NCBI RefSeq assembly: GCF_004010195.1
Contig: NW_025215107.1
Coordinates: forward strand, 3,016-63,907
Length of the DNA: 60,892 nucleotides
DNA from: Chiloscyllium plagiosum
Lineage: Eukaryota
Direction: 5' to 3'
In this document: positions 50,801 through 60,892 of the stretch, one piece after another
Position numbering within the stretch: the first letter of the stretch is position 1
How the letters are laid out: each line of letters starts with the position of its first letter
Notes under the pieces: generated by a model
The model's database searches: none
What the model was told of the DNA's origin: nothing
The model's input: only the letters and a program-made list of their open reading frames with translations
Translations under genes and position numbers: made by a program

Positions 50801-53240
50801 NNNNNNNNNNNNNNNNNNNNNNNNNNNNNNNNNNNNNNNNNNNNNNNNNNNNNNNNNNNNNNNNNNNNNNNNNNNNNNNNNNNNNNNNNNNNNNNNNNNN
50901 NNNNNNNNNNNNNNNNNNNNNNNNNNNNNNNNNNNNNNNNNNNNNNNNNNNNNNNNNNNNNNNNNNNNNNNNNNNNNNNNNNNNNNNNNNNNNNNNNNNN
51001 NNNNNNNNNNNNNNNNNNNNNNNNNNNNNNNNNNNNNNNNNNNNNNNNNNNNNNNNNNNNNNNNNNNNNNNNNNNNNNNNNNNTGGTTATAGAATGTCCG
51101 GGACAGAACGTTCCGGGGAATGTCAGTTATAGAATCTTGGGGATAGAATGTTCCGGGGAATATCAGTTATAGAATGCCAGGGGCAGAAAGTTTCGGGGCA
51201 TGTCAGTTATGGATGTCGGGGACAGAACGTTCCAGGGAATGGTGGTTATAGAATGTCAGGAAGAGAACATTCCGCGGAATGTCAGTTATAGAATGTCAGG
51301 GGCAGAAAGTTCCGGGGAATGTCAGTTATAGAATGTCGGGGACCGAACGTTCCTAGGGAATGGTGGTTATAGAATGTCAGGAAGAGAACATTCCGCGGAA
51401 TGTCAGTTATAGAATGTCAGGGGCAGAAAGTTCCGGGGAATGTCAGTTATAGAATGTCGGGAGCAGAACGTTCCGGGAAATGTCAGATATAGCATGTCAT
51501 GGGCAGAACGTTCCAGGGAATGGTAGTTATAGAATGTCAGGGGCAGAACGTTCCGGGGAATGGTGGTTATAGAATGTCAGGGACAGAACGTTCCGGAGAA
51601 TGTTGGTTATAGAATGTCCGGGACAGAACGTTCCGGGGAATGTCAGTTATAGAATGTCAGGGGCAGAAAATTTCGGGGAATGTCAGTTTTAGGATTTTGG
51701 GGATAGAATGTTCCGGGGAATATCAGTTATAGAATGCCAGGGGCAGAAAGTTTCGGGGCATGTCAGTTATGGATGTCGGGGACAGAACGTTCCAGGGAAT
51801 GGTGGTTATAGAATGTCAGGAAGAGAACATTCCGCGGAATGTCAGTTATAGAATGTCAGGGACAGAACGTTCCGGGGAATGTCAGTTATAGAATTTTGGG
51901 GATAGAATGTTCCGGGGAATATCAGTTATAGAATGTCGGGGGCAGAACGTTTCGGGGAATGTCAGTTATAGAATGTCGGGGACCGAACGTTCCTAGGGAA
52001 TGGTGGTTATAGAATGTCAGGGACAGAACGTTCCGGGGAATGGTGGTTATAGAATGTCAGGGACAGAACGTTCCGGGGAATGTCAGTTATAAGATGTCAG
52101 GGGCAGAAAGTTCCGGGGAATGTCAATTATAGGATTTTGGGGATAGAATGTTCCAGGGAATTTCAGTTATAGAATGTCAGGGGCAGAACGTTTCGGGGAA
52201 GGTCAGTTATAGAATGTTGGGGACAGAACGTTCCGGGGAATGGTGGTTATAGAATGTCATGGACAGAACGTTCCGGGGAATGGTGGTTATAGAATGTCTG
52301 GGACAGAACGTTCCGGGGAATGTCAGTTATTGAATGTCGGGGACAGAACGTTCCGGGGAATGGTGGTTATAGAATGTCCGGGGCAGAACGTTCCAGGGAA
52401 CGTCAGTTATACAATGTCGGGGACAGAACTTTCCGGGGAATGTCAGTTACACAACGTTCCAAGAAATGTCTGTTATAGATTGTCGGGGACAGAATGTTCC
52501 AGGGAATGTCAGTTATCGAATGTCAGGGACAGAACGTTCCGGGGAATGTCAGTTATAGAATGTCAGGAAGAGAACTTTCCGCGGAATGTCAGTTATAGAA
52601 TGTCGGGGACAGAACGTTCCGGGGAATGTCAGTTATAGAATGTTGGGGATAGAACGTTCTGTGGAATATCAGTTATAGAATGTCGGGGACAGAACGTTCC
52701 GGGAAATGTCAGTTATAGGATTTTGGGGGCAGAACGTTCCAGGGAACGTCAGTTATAGAATGTCGGGGACAGAATTTTCTGGGGAATGTCAGTTATGGAA
52801 TGTCAGGGACAGAACGTTCCGGGGAATGTCAGTTATAGAATGTCACGGGCAGAAAGTTCCGGGGAATGTCAGTTATAGGATTTTGGGGGCAGAACGTTCT
52901 GGGGAACGTCAGTTCTGGAATGTCGGTTCCAGAACGTTCCAAGAAATGTCTGTTATAGAATGTCGGGGACAGAATGTTATGGGGAATGTCAGTTATAGAA
53001 TGTCAGGAAGAGAACGTTCCGCGGAATGTCAGTTATAAAATGTCGGGGACAGAACGTTTCGGGGAATGGCAGTTATAGAATGTTGGTGATAGAATGTTCC
53101 GGGGAATATCAGTTATAGAATGTCGGGGACAGAACGTTCCGGGGAATGTCGATTAAAGAATGTTGGGGATAGAATGTTCCGGGGAATGGCAATTATAGAA
53201 TGTCAGGGACAGAACGTTCCGGGGAAAGTCAGTTATCGAA
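47818..53240. repeat. 40-bp satellite GAATGTCAGTTATA-GAATGTCAGGGACA-GAACGTTCCGGG (two blocks around a gap)
   Basis: Clear 40-bp period (e.g. 49141, 49181, 49221). Blocks are 47818-50390 and 51085-53240. Confidence 0.97.
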
Positions 53241-53654
53241 CTCCTTGACCTGTCCATCACCTTTCCCGCCCTATCCACCCCTCCAAATGACGTACTGTAC
53301 CTGGACACACTGTAACATTAATGGGGAAAGAGATTGAGGGTCCAATCACAGGAATGGGAACTAAAGGCATTGCCAGATCAGCTGAAATGGTTAGATATAC
53401 CACATTCTCAATCTACCTCACAAAACAAGCCCCGACACCATCGACCCAGAGGAGATATCTGTTCACCGTGGAACACTGTGCACACAAGGCCTGTGTACTG
53501 CTCAGTACAACCCAGCAATCTGTCCAGATTCATCCATTTCACTGGTCAATCCAATCCAGGCAATCTGTCCAGAGTGAAACACTGCACAGATAATGTCACA
53601 GTACTTATCTTAAAACGCAGACTAGACATCTGTCCAGTTTGGGAAGGTAGGATA

Positions 53655-53855
53655 GAGACAGAAAAGCTGCAGATGCTGGAGACCAAAGTAGACAGGCAGG
53701 AAGCTGGGAGAACACAGCAATCCAGACACCACCAGCAGGTGGAGAAGTCGACATTTCGGGTGTTACCGTTCTGTCAGAGTCCTGAAGAAGGGCTACACCT
53801 GAAACATCAACTTCTCCACCTCCTGATGCTGCCTGGATTGCTCTGTTCCTCCAGC
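53655..53855. mobile_element. Older PLE foldback with a CpG-decayed hammerhead
   Basis: CTGCAGATGCTGG head and inverted arms GGTGGAGAAGTCGACATTTCGGGTG / CACCTGAAACATCAACTTCTCCACC. 53778-53812 reads AGTC-CTGAAGA-A-GGG..CCT-GAAA-C-ATC-AACT. Confidence 0.75.
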
Positions 53856-54095
53856 AAGTATTCAGCATGGGAAGCAGTGCAGACCATACCCGTGCATTGA
53901 TCTATAATCCCGGACTAGATATCTGTCCAGCACTGGGAGCTGTGCAGAAAACAGCAGGGCCCTAATGTGTAAACCTGAAACAAATATCCATCCAGCATAA
54001 GGAACTACACAAACCACATCATTGTATTATCTATAAACCTCAATCAGATAGTCTTACCAGCACAGGGAACTGTGCAGTTATCAGCCATGAATTAA

Positions 54096-54549
54096 TCTGT
54101 AAACCAGGAGCAGTTACCCTCCCAGCATTTAGGACTGTGTACACCACTCCAGTGCATTGATCTGTAAACCAGGAGCATTTACCCTCCCATCATGTAGGAC
54201 TGTGTACACCACCCCAGTGCATTGATCTGTAAACCAGGAGCAGTTACCCTCCCAGCATGTAAGACTGTGGACACCACCCCAGTGCATTGATCTGTAAACC
54301 AGGAGGATTTACCCTCCCAGCATGTAGGACTGTGTACACCACCCCAGTGCATTGATCTGTAATCCTGGAGCAGCTACCCTCCCAGCATGTAGGACTATGT
54401 ACACCTCCTCAGTGCGTTGATCTGTAAACCAGGAGCAGTTACCCTCCCAGCATGCAGAGCTGTGTACCCCACCCCAGTGCATTGACCTGTAAGCCAGGAG
54501 CAGTTACCCACACAGCATGTAGTGCTGTGTACACCATCCCAGTGCATTG
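54096..54549. repeat. 65-bp minisatellite, 7 copies
   Basis: TCTGTAAACCAGGAGCAGTTACCCTCCCAGCATGTAGGACTGTGTACACCACCCCAGTGCATTGA at 54096, 54161, 54226, 54291, 54356, 54421 and 54486. Confidence 0.95.
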
Positions 54550-55419
54550 CTCAGTAACATTGTGTTAGATATCTGCCCAGTGTGGGGCAACTTGCAGCCC
54601 AAGATGGAAGTGACATGATGTGCAGTTCCCACCCATTTACAGCTACATATCTCCATTGTGCCATGACAAGGGGGTGCTGTGGGTATGAACATCACTGCCC
54701 GAGAGAGATGGCAGGGGAATCAGTTTAAATACCACCACATGGGAGGGGTTTGGTGTAAAGACAGAGAGGGGGATACTGAGAGACAGTGTCATGGAAGGAT
54801 GTGTTCCCAGGTTTCAGAATGCTGAAATGTAAACACATTGATAACATCCTGTAACATGAACCAGTCTTCCCAGGAAAGATGGGAAAAAGGGATATTGGTG
54901 TGAGGTCAGATGAAACAACAGCTGCTGCGTGATTTTGAAGTTACGTTTACGTAATTTTAATAAGTGGCTTTTTGAAAGAGTATATTGCTATAGAGTTGGA
55001 GTAGGGTAATAAGCAGTTAACAGAAATGGGGTCCCAGAGTTGTGAATAGTTGATGTAAAATGTTCACTTTCAGAGTTAAAAAAAATTGATATTTGGGAAT
55101 TTGGGAGTTCTCTGTCCCTCATATTTTAACAGTTTACAAGGCAAATTGAGCATTTCTTTATGTTTAGTTTAAATTACCAGATGACCTCAATGTTGTGCCC
55201 TGACAATTCCCGTGTGTGTATCTGTGTGTCTCTGCGTGGGGCAGGTCTGGCAGTCTCTAAGGTGATTAAAGTGATGCAATGCCACCCTCTGCTGGCCTCC
55301 TCACTCCACAGCACAGACATTGGCAGAGGGTGAAAACCAACAGGGATCCATTCAGAGAAGGGGAGGGGAGGGAGAGGGCAGCTGCTCACAGCACCATTCA
55401 AACTGATGTCTTATCAATG

Positions 55420-56560
55420 GACTGATCTAAATGGCCTTTAAACGTTGTAACTGTCCCTGCTTTCACCACTTCCTCTGGAAGTTCATTCCACACATAAGCC
55501 AGCTTCTGTCGAACATAATTACCTCTCGTGACTTTTGTAAATCTTTTTTCCTCGCACCTTAAAATATCCCTCAGTTTTGAACCCCCAATTCTTGAGAAAA
55601 GACATCAGCCCTTCAGGGTTTCTGTAACCCTCATTATTTTATAAATCTGTGTAAAGTTACTGCTTAATCTCATATTCTTCAGTGAAAAAAAATCCCAGCC
55701 TGTCCAGTCTCTACTTATAGCTCACTCCCTCCTTTCCCAGCAACATGCAGGATAAATTCTTCTCAATCCTCTCCAGCTTAATAATATCAAGGTCAATACT
55801 ATCAAAATGAAGAGTCCAGGTATTTTCTAAGGGTATGGGGAGTCCAACACTAGAGGATATAGACTTAAGTGGGGGGCACGGTGGCACAGTGGTTAACACT
55901 GCTGTCTCACAGCGCCAAAGACCTGGGTTCAATTCCTGCCTCAGGCGACTCTCTGTGTGAAGTTTGCACATTCTCCCCGTGTCCGTTTGGGTTTCCTCCG
56001 GGTGCTCCTGTTCCCTCTCACAATCCAAAAAATGTGCAGATCAGGTGAATTGGCCATGCTAAATGGCCCGTAGTGTTAGGTGAAGGGCTAAATGTAGGAG
56101 AACGGGTCTGGGTGGGTTACGCTTTGGCGGGTCGGTGTGGACTTGTTGGGCCGAAGGGCCTGTTTCCATACTGTATATAATCTAATCTAATCTAAATTAA
56201 AGTGACCTAAGGGGCAGCTTTTTCACCCGGAGGGTGGTGTGCCTATGGAATGAGCAGGCAGGATGACCAGACTGGACACAGTATTCCAGAAGAGTTCTCA
56301 CCAATGTCCTGTACAGCCACAACATTGATGTCCCAATTCTGATACTCAAAGGCCTGTCCTATGAAGACATGTACGTTAAAAACCTTCTTAATCACACTAT
56401 CTAAATGAGATGCAAACTTTAAAGAATTAAACCTGACGGCCTAGGTCTCTGTACTGCAGCATTGCCAAAGGCTCTGCTTTTAATTGTATAGGTCCTGCTG
56501 TTGTTTGATTTACCAAACCCAATACCTCAAATTAATCCAAACTAAACTCCATCAGCTACC
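55420..56560 (-). mobile_element. CR1-like LINE 3' fragment, interrupted by a + strand CR1 piece (~55815-56260) that itself carries a SINE
   Basis: Minus CR1 motifs at 55420-55790 (IIKLERIEKNLSCMLLGKEGVSYK) resume at 56262 (GACCAGACTGGACACAGTATTCCA). The internal + piece reads GGGGAGTCCAACACTAGAGG...GACCTAAGGGGCAGCTTTTTCAC..AGGGTGGTG..TGGAATGAGC. Confidence 0.8.
55872..56195 (+). mobile_element. Full-length HE1-type tRNA-derived V-SINE
   Basis: A-box GGTGGCACAGTGG, B-box GGTTCAATTCC, V-domain, CR1-derived 3' end GGGCCGAAGGGCCTGTTTCC and (AATCT)n tail. Confidence 0.95.
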
Positions 56561-57549
56561 CCTCAGCCCAGTGTGTGATATTACTGCCACCTCACTCTCC
56601 CCCTTCAATTTTAAAATGCCATCCCTCTCCAGGATGCCTGCACACTCCGTCTTTGATTTTCACAAAGACCCTGAGCTTGGGATGCCTTGTGTGGTTAGGG
56701 GGAGCAGAGGCAGATTGCAGACACAGTCAGTGGGGAGGAGAAGCTGGACAGTAATCAGGGGCCTAGTGTCATTTCATGGTTTTAGGAAGAGGGGAGTCGC
56801 ACGTGAGAGTTGGGTAAGAGTGTTCGGTGTTTTGGGGTCAGAAATTAACGTCTTCCTTCGTCTCTGGTGTTCAGTAATAAATATCTATTTGAGACCTTTC
56901 AGTTGGCAGAGTGTGTCTGCAGGATTTCTTTCCTTAATATTGCAGACTACAGATAATAGCAATTAAAGATGTTCATAGTTAATTTCGATAGCGTAGCAAG
57001 TACACTCAATATCCTACAGTTGAAGACAAATATCTTGCATTTATTTAATAATACAAAGTTAAGTCTCACCAAGCAGAAAGCGGGCACTTAAAATATGACC
57101 CAAAATCTGGGTATGGTAGTTGTAGTGGGTAGTGTTCCTGTCTCTGAGCCAGAGGTCTGGATTTGATTCCAATTCCTGAATATGTGTGGTCGTGTACCTA
57201 GCTCTGGACTAGAAGGTCTGGATTTAATCCTGCCTGTTGCAGAGGTATGTCATAGCATGTCAGAACAGGCTGATGAGCAAACACACAGGAGAATACTGTT
57301 GCAGCTTTATGGGTATTGCTGAGTGATGCTAGTATCCCTACCTCCGAGCACAAAGGTCCAGGTGTAAAGCCCACAGAAGTGTCTCATGATACATCTGTAC
57401 AAACTGATTAAAATGGATTTAGAATTGTGACTTGATGGAGAAGGAAGAGGTGTCAGTATTGAATTTCAGAATTTAGGCCCGGGATGACTGAAAGTACGAC
57501 TATTCGTGTTGATTGGAGTCACATCTTGCAGCAATAAAGGTTTATAAAA

Positions 57550-57765
57550 TCAGAACGGTCCTGGATAGGGTGAGTAGTCAGGGTTTTTCCCCAGGTTAGG
57601 GACATCCAAAACTAGAGGGCATTGGTTAAAAGTGAGAGGGGAAAGGTTTTGATGAGGCCTAAAGGGCACTTTTTCGCACAGAGGGTGGTGTGTGTATGGA
57701 ATGAACTGCCAGAGGAAGTGGTGGAGGCTGGTACAACTACAACATGTAAAAGGCATCTGGATGCT
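57550..57765 (+). mobile_element. CR1-like LINE 3' fragment
   Basis: CTAGAGGGCATTGGTTAAAAGTGAGAGGGGAAAGG..PKGHFFAQRVVCVWNELPEEVVEAGT. Confidence 0.88.
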
Positions 57766-58202
57766 GACAGCCCTGCCGAGCTTTTCCATCAATTTCTGTA
57801 TTTCTTTAAAAAAATGCATTCAGTTTAACACAGGTATTCTGAATAAATTAAACATTTTTATTTTTTTGATGACGCAAGGATATATAAACATATCTTCAAA
57901 TTGACCGAGACCATTTTCTGCGAAGCATATGGCTCTGTATATGACAGCAGCAATGATGCATCTACATTGAACAGGGAATGTGATGGAGACATAATTTGGA
58001 AATGTAAAAGGAGATCTCACATGGTCCAGTTTGGGAGAGGATGACATTCCTGTGTGATTCAGCTCAGAGAGGGAGAAAATGTAATCTGCCCGAGAAGGAA
58101 TGGCCTATTGCATTCTCTCTCCTTCATTGTCCCTCATCACAGCAATGCGTGCGAGCTAAACAAAAACCTCTGCAATCATCGTTACCATTCTTATTTTTAT
58201 GG

Positions 58203-58500
58203 AATCACTGCAGTGTTGAAACAGGCCCTTCGACCCAACAAGTCCATAACAACATTATCAACCCTTTATCCTATATTTACCCCTGACCATTGCACATAAC
58301 CTAGAAATCCCTGAACACTACGGACAATTTAGCATGACCAATCCACCAAACCTACACCGTTTGTGGTAGGAAACTGGATCACCCATTAGAAGCTCACACA
58401 GACAAGGGGAGAATGTGCAAACTCCATACAGACAGTCACCCAAGGCTGGAATCGAACCCAAGTCCTTGGCGCTGTGAGGTAGCAATGCCAACCACCGTGC
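58203..58500 (-). mobile_element. HE1-type V-SINE, diverged
   Basis: Reverse complement of the 55872-56195 architecture (GAAACAGGCCCTTCG..GGGGAGAATGTGCAAACTCC..GGAATCGAACCC..GCGCTGTGAGG). Confidence 0.9.
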
Positions 58501-58546
58501 TACTCTTTGGATGATCCCGAACCAAAATTCACTGCAATCTACTCAC

Positions 58547-58707
58547 TGCCGAAAGCAAAGGGAACTCAGCCAAATCCAAACTCTCCCAGGATGAAATCCC
58601 ATTGCTAGCAGCTGGTGTGAGTACAATATCTTCAGAAGCAGAATAACGTTTTGGACAATCTCGCAATTTTTCCTTGTCATGAGTTCCAATAATATTTGGA
58701 CAAAGTT
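58547..58707 (-). CDS. Candidate internal coding exon of an unidentified gene
   Basis: Open frame ELCPNIIGTHDKEKLRDCPKRYSASEDIVLTPAASNGISSWESLDLAEFPLLSA in non-repeat DNA, bounded by AAAG| and |GTGAGT. No homology recognised. Confidence 0.3.
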
Positions 58708-58728
58708 CTTTCAAGTTAAAATTGCAGA

Positions 58729-58731
<3 letters not shown>

Positions 58732-58765
<34 letters not shown>

Positions 58766-58790
58766 CGCGCGCGCGCGCGTGCGTGTGTGT
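58732..58790. repeat. (TG)n-TA-(CG)8-(TG)n alternating purine-pyrimidine tract
   Basis: 59 bp of uninterrupted alternation; (CG)8 at 58764-58779. Confidence 0.95.
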
Positions 58791-59109
58791 TTGTGTGTCT
58801 GCGTTTTTTAGAAAGGTAAATATTGATTATATAATTGCAATACCCAAACAGTTTGCCATTCATCTTTCCATCATAGTTTGAGTAACATTGCTCTGGATCA
58901 TAAATGTGTTGTTTTTGTCAGATTAAAGAAACTATCCTGACTTATTCCTAAAACTGACCCTGACCCAGTCTGAGACCGATATCATCGGCCATATCACCGA
59001 CCTGGTTACATTTAACATTTGTTGTGAGCAGTGCAGGAGTGGGACTAGAGGAAACAGTGACCCACAAAGCCGGGGAACTATCGACCGGTGAGCCTGATGT
59101 CAGTGGTGG

Positions 59110-60790
59110 GTAAGTTGCTGGAGGGGATTCTGAGGGACAGGATTTACATACATTTGGGAAGGCAAGGGCTGTTCGGGGTAGACAAGTAGCTGTCTGCATG
59201 GGAAATCATGTCTCACTAATTTGGTTAAGTTTTTTTGAAGAGGTAACAAAGAAGATTGATGAAGGCAGTTTGGTAGACATTGTCTATATGGACCTCAGCA
59301 AGATGTTCAGTTAAAGAACAACGTAAAAATAAAATTTACAGCTCAGGAACAGGCCCTTCGCCCTCCAAATCTGATCCGATCCAAATATACTGTCTAAATC
59401 TGTCGGTCAATTCCTAAGCATCTGTATCCCTCTGCTCCCCACCTACTCATGGATCTGCCCAGACGCACCTTAAATGAATCTGCCGTGCCTGCCTCTACAA
59501 CCTCTGCTGGCAACACATTCCAAATGGCCACCATCCCTGTGTGAAGTACTTACCGCGTGTATCCCCCTTAAACTTTCTACCTCTCAAACGGCCACCATCC
59601 CTGTGTGAAGTACTTACCGCGTATATCCCCCTTAAACTTTCTACCTCTCACTTTGAAAGCACGACCTTCCGTTATTGAATCCTTCAACCTGGGAAAAAGC
59701 TTGACTCTGTCCACCCTGGCTGTACCTTTCTTGATTTTGCAAATCTCAATCAGGTCCCCCCTCAATCTCCTTTTTTCAAGTGAAAATAAACCTAACCTAC
59801 TCAGCCTCTCTTCATAGCTAGTATTTCATTCTGATTGGTAGACAGATTAGTAACAGTCAAATGGGATACAGAAGAAGCTAGTAACAATTGGCTTGAAGGA
59901 AGAGGGATATTTTTCAGCCTGGAGGCTTGTGAGCAGCAGTGTGCTTCAAGAATCAGTACTGAGTTCACTGTATTTCATCATTTATGTAAAGGATTTAGAT
60001 GTGAATATGGGGGCAATAGTTAGTAAGTATACAGATGACATCAGAAAGGTGATGTAGTAGATTATCTCTGAGTACAACAAAACCGCAATTAGATGGGACA
60101 AAGAGGCAAGGAGTAACAGATGAAGTTTAATTTAGATAAAGATGAGGTCTTGCATTTTGGGAAGGCAAATCAGGGCAGACATTATACATTTCATGGTCAG
60201 GTCCTGAGGCATATTGTGAAACAAAGGGGCAGAGGGCTGCAGATACATTGTTCCTTGAAAGTGGAGTCGCAGGTTGACAGAGCGGTGCAGAACACATTTG
60301 GCACATTTGCCTTAATCAGTCAGAGCATTGAGTATAGGAGATGTGGTGACATGTTGCATCTATAAAGGACGTTGGTGAGGCCACTTTAAGAATATTGCGT
60401 ACAATTCGGTTTTCTGCAGAAATGACTTACACAGATATGTAAGCTTTATGGAGAGGTTGATTTCCCCCTGGAGTGTCAGAGGCTGAAGGGTGACATTATA
60501 GAGGTTTATGCAACCATCAGGGGCATGGATATTCTGAACAGCCACGTTCTGCTCTCCAGGATAGGGGAATCCAGAACAAGAGGGCATAGGCTGAAGACGG
60601 GAAGGCGAATGGTTTAGAAGGGACCTGAAAATATATGTTTCACACAGAGAGTGGTGTGTGTACAGAAAGTGCTGTCAGAGGAAGTGGTGAAGGCAGTTAC
60701 AATTGCACATTTAAAAAATATCAGAAAGAGGAGGGATATTTACCAAATGCTGGAAAATGGGACTGGATCAGATTTGATGTCTGATCGGAG
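59110..60790 (+). mobile_element. Decayed CR1-like LINE ORF2/3' end, split by an antisense CR1 3' fragment
   Basis: GGGAAATCATGTCTCACTAATTTG..VDIVYMD (59200-59305) resumes after 59820, with SKYTDD and MKFNLDKDEVLHFGKANQGR..LKVESQVDRAV. Confidence 0.88.
59335..59820 (-). mobile_element. CR1-like LINE 3' end inserted antisense, with an internal ~61-bp tandem duplication
   Basis: Minus peptide LRGDLIEICKIKKG..RVDRVKLFP..FKVRGRKFKGDIRGKYFTQG and 3' tail GAACAGGCCCTTCG. 59526-59586 is repeated at 59591-59650. Confidence 0.9.
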
Positions 60791-60892
60791 TGTAGGGGGT
60801 GGTGTAATTTTTAAATCATTAACTGCTGTAGTAAGCACATAGTAAGTACAAAGCCACCATTTTAGTCTTCTCTACCCTGTAGTAAGCACGAG

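Noticed and set aside
47818..53240. CRISPR-like appearance of regular palindromic repeats, and the repeat-encoded ORFs
   Set aside because: The units are contiguous with no unique spacers, there are no cas genes, and the context is vertebrate. The ORFs are periodic translations.
53321..53900. 188-aa and 90-aa + strand ORFs
   Set aside because: The longer one runs through a PLE foldback and degenerate minisatellite units; neither has a recognisable domain.
60826..60890. Short direct repeat CTGTAGTAAGCAC
   Set aside because: Only 13 bp and at the window edge; not enough context to interpret.

Overview
Vertebrate genomic scaffold with several N-gaps, almost certainly a cartilaginous fish. The evidence is HE1-type V-SINEs with (AATCT)n tails, CR1/HER1-like LINE fragments and shark-type Penelope-like elements (PLEs). 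The window is repeat-dominated and I cannot identify any intact protein-coding gene. Left end: a divergent tRNA-Arg(UCG) and a tRNA-Ser-body pseudogene with a CGC anticodon. Tandem arrays: a ~20 kb array (4.7-25.0 kb) with near-strict A/T-G/C alternation and very many CACTGTG (RSS-heptamer) copies; a ~10 kb 34-bp G-rich minisatellite with two subtypes; a 40-bp satellite carrying a TTC-N4-GAA palindrome; and a 65-bp minisatellite. Mobile elements: a decayed gag/env-like retroviral relic (25.0-26.8 kb) and nested CR1/SINE insertions. The most notable signal is a set of PLE-derived inverted-repeat (foldback) insertions carrying minimal hammerhead ribozyme cores (CUGANGA-stem II-GAAAC-GUC) with four different stem-II sequences. 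The long Ser/Val/Cys/Glu/Arg-rich ORFs in the track are translation artefacts of the arrays. Repeat boundaries are approximate and family names rest on recognition, not on a database search.
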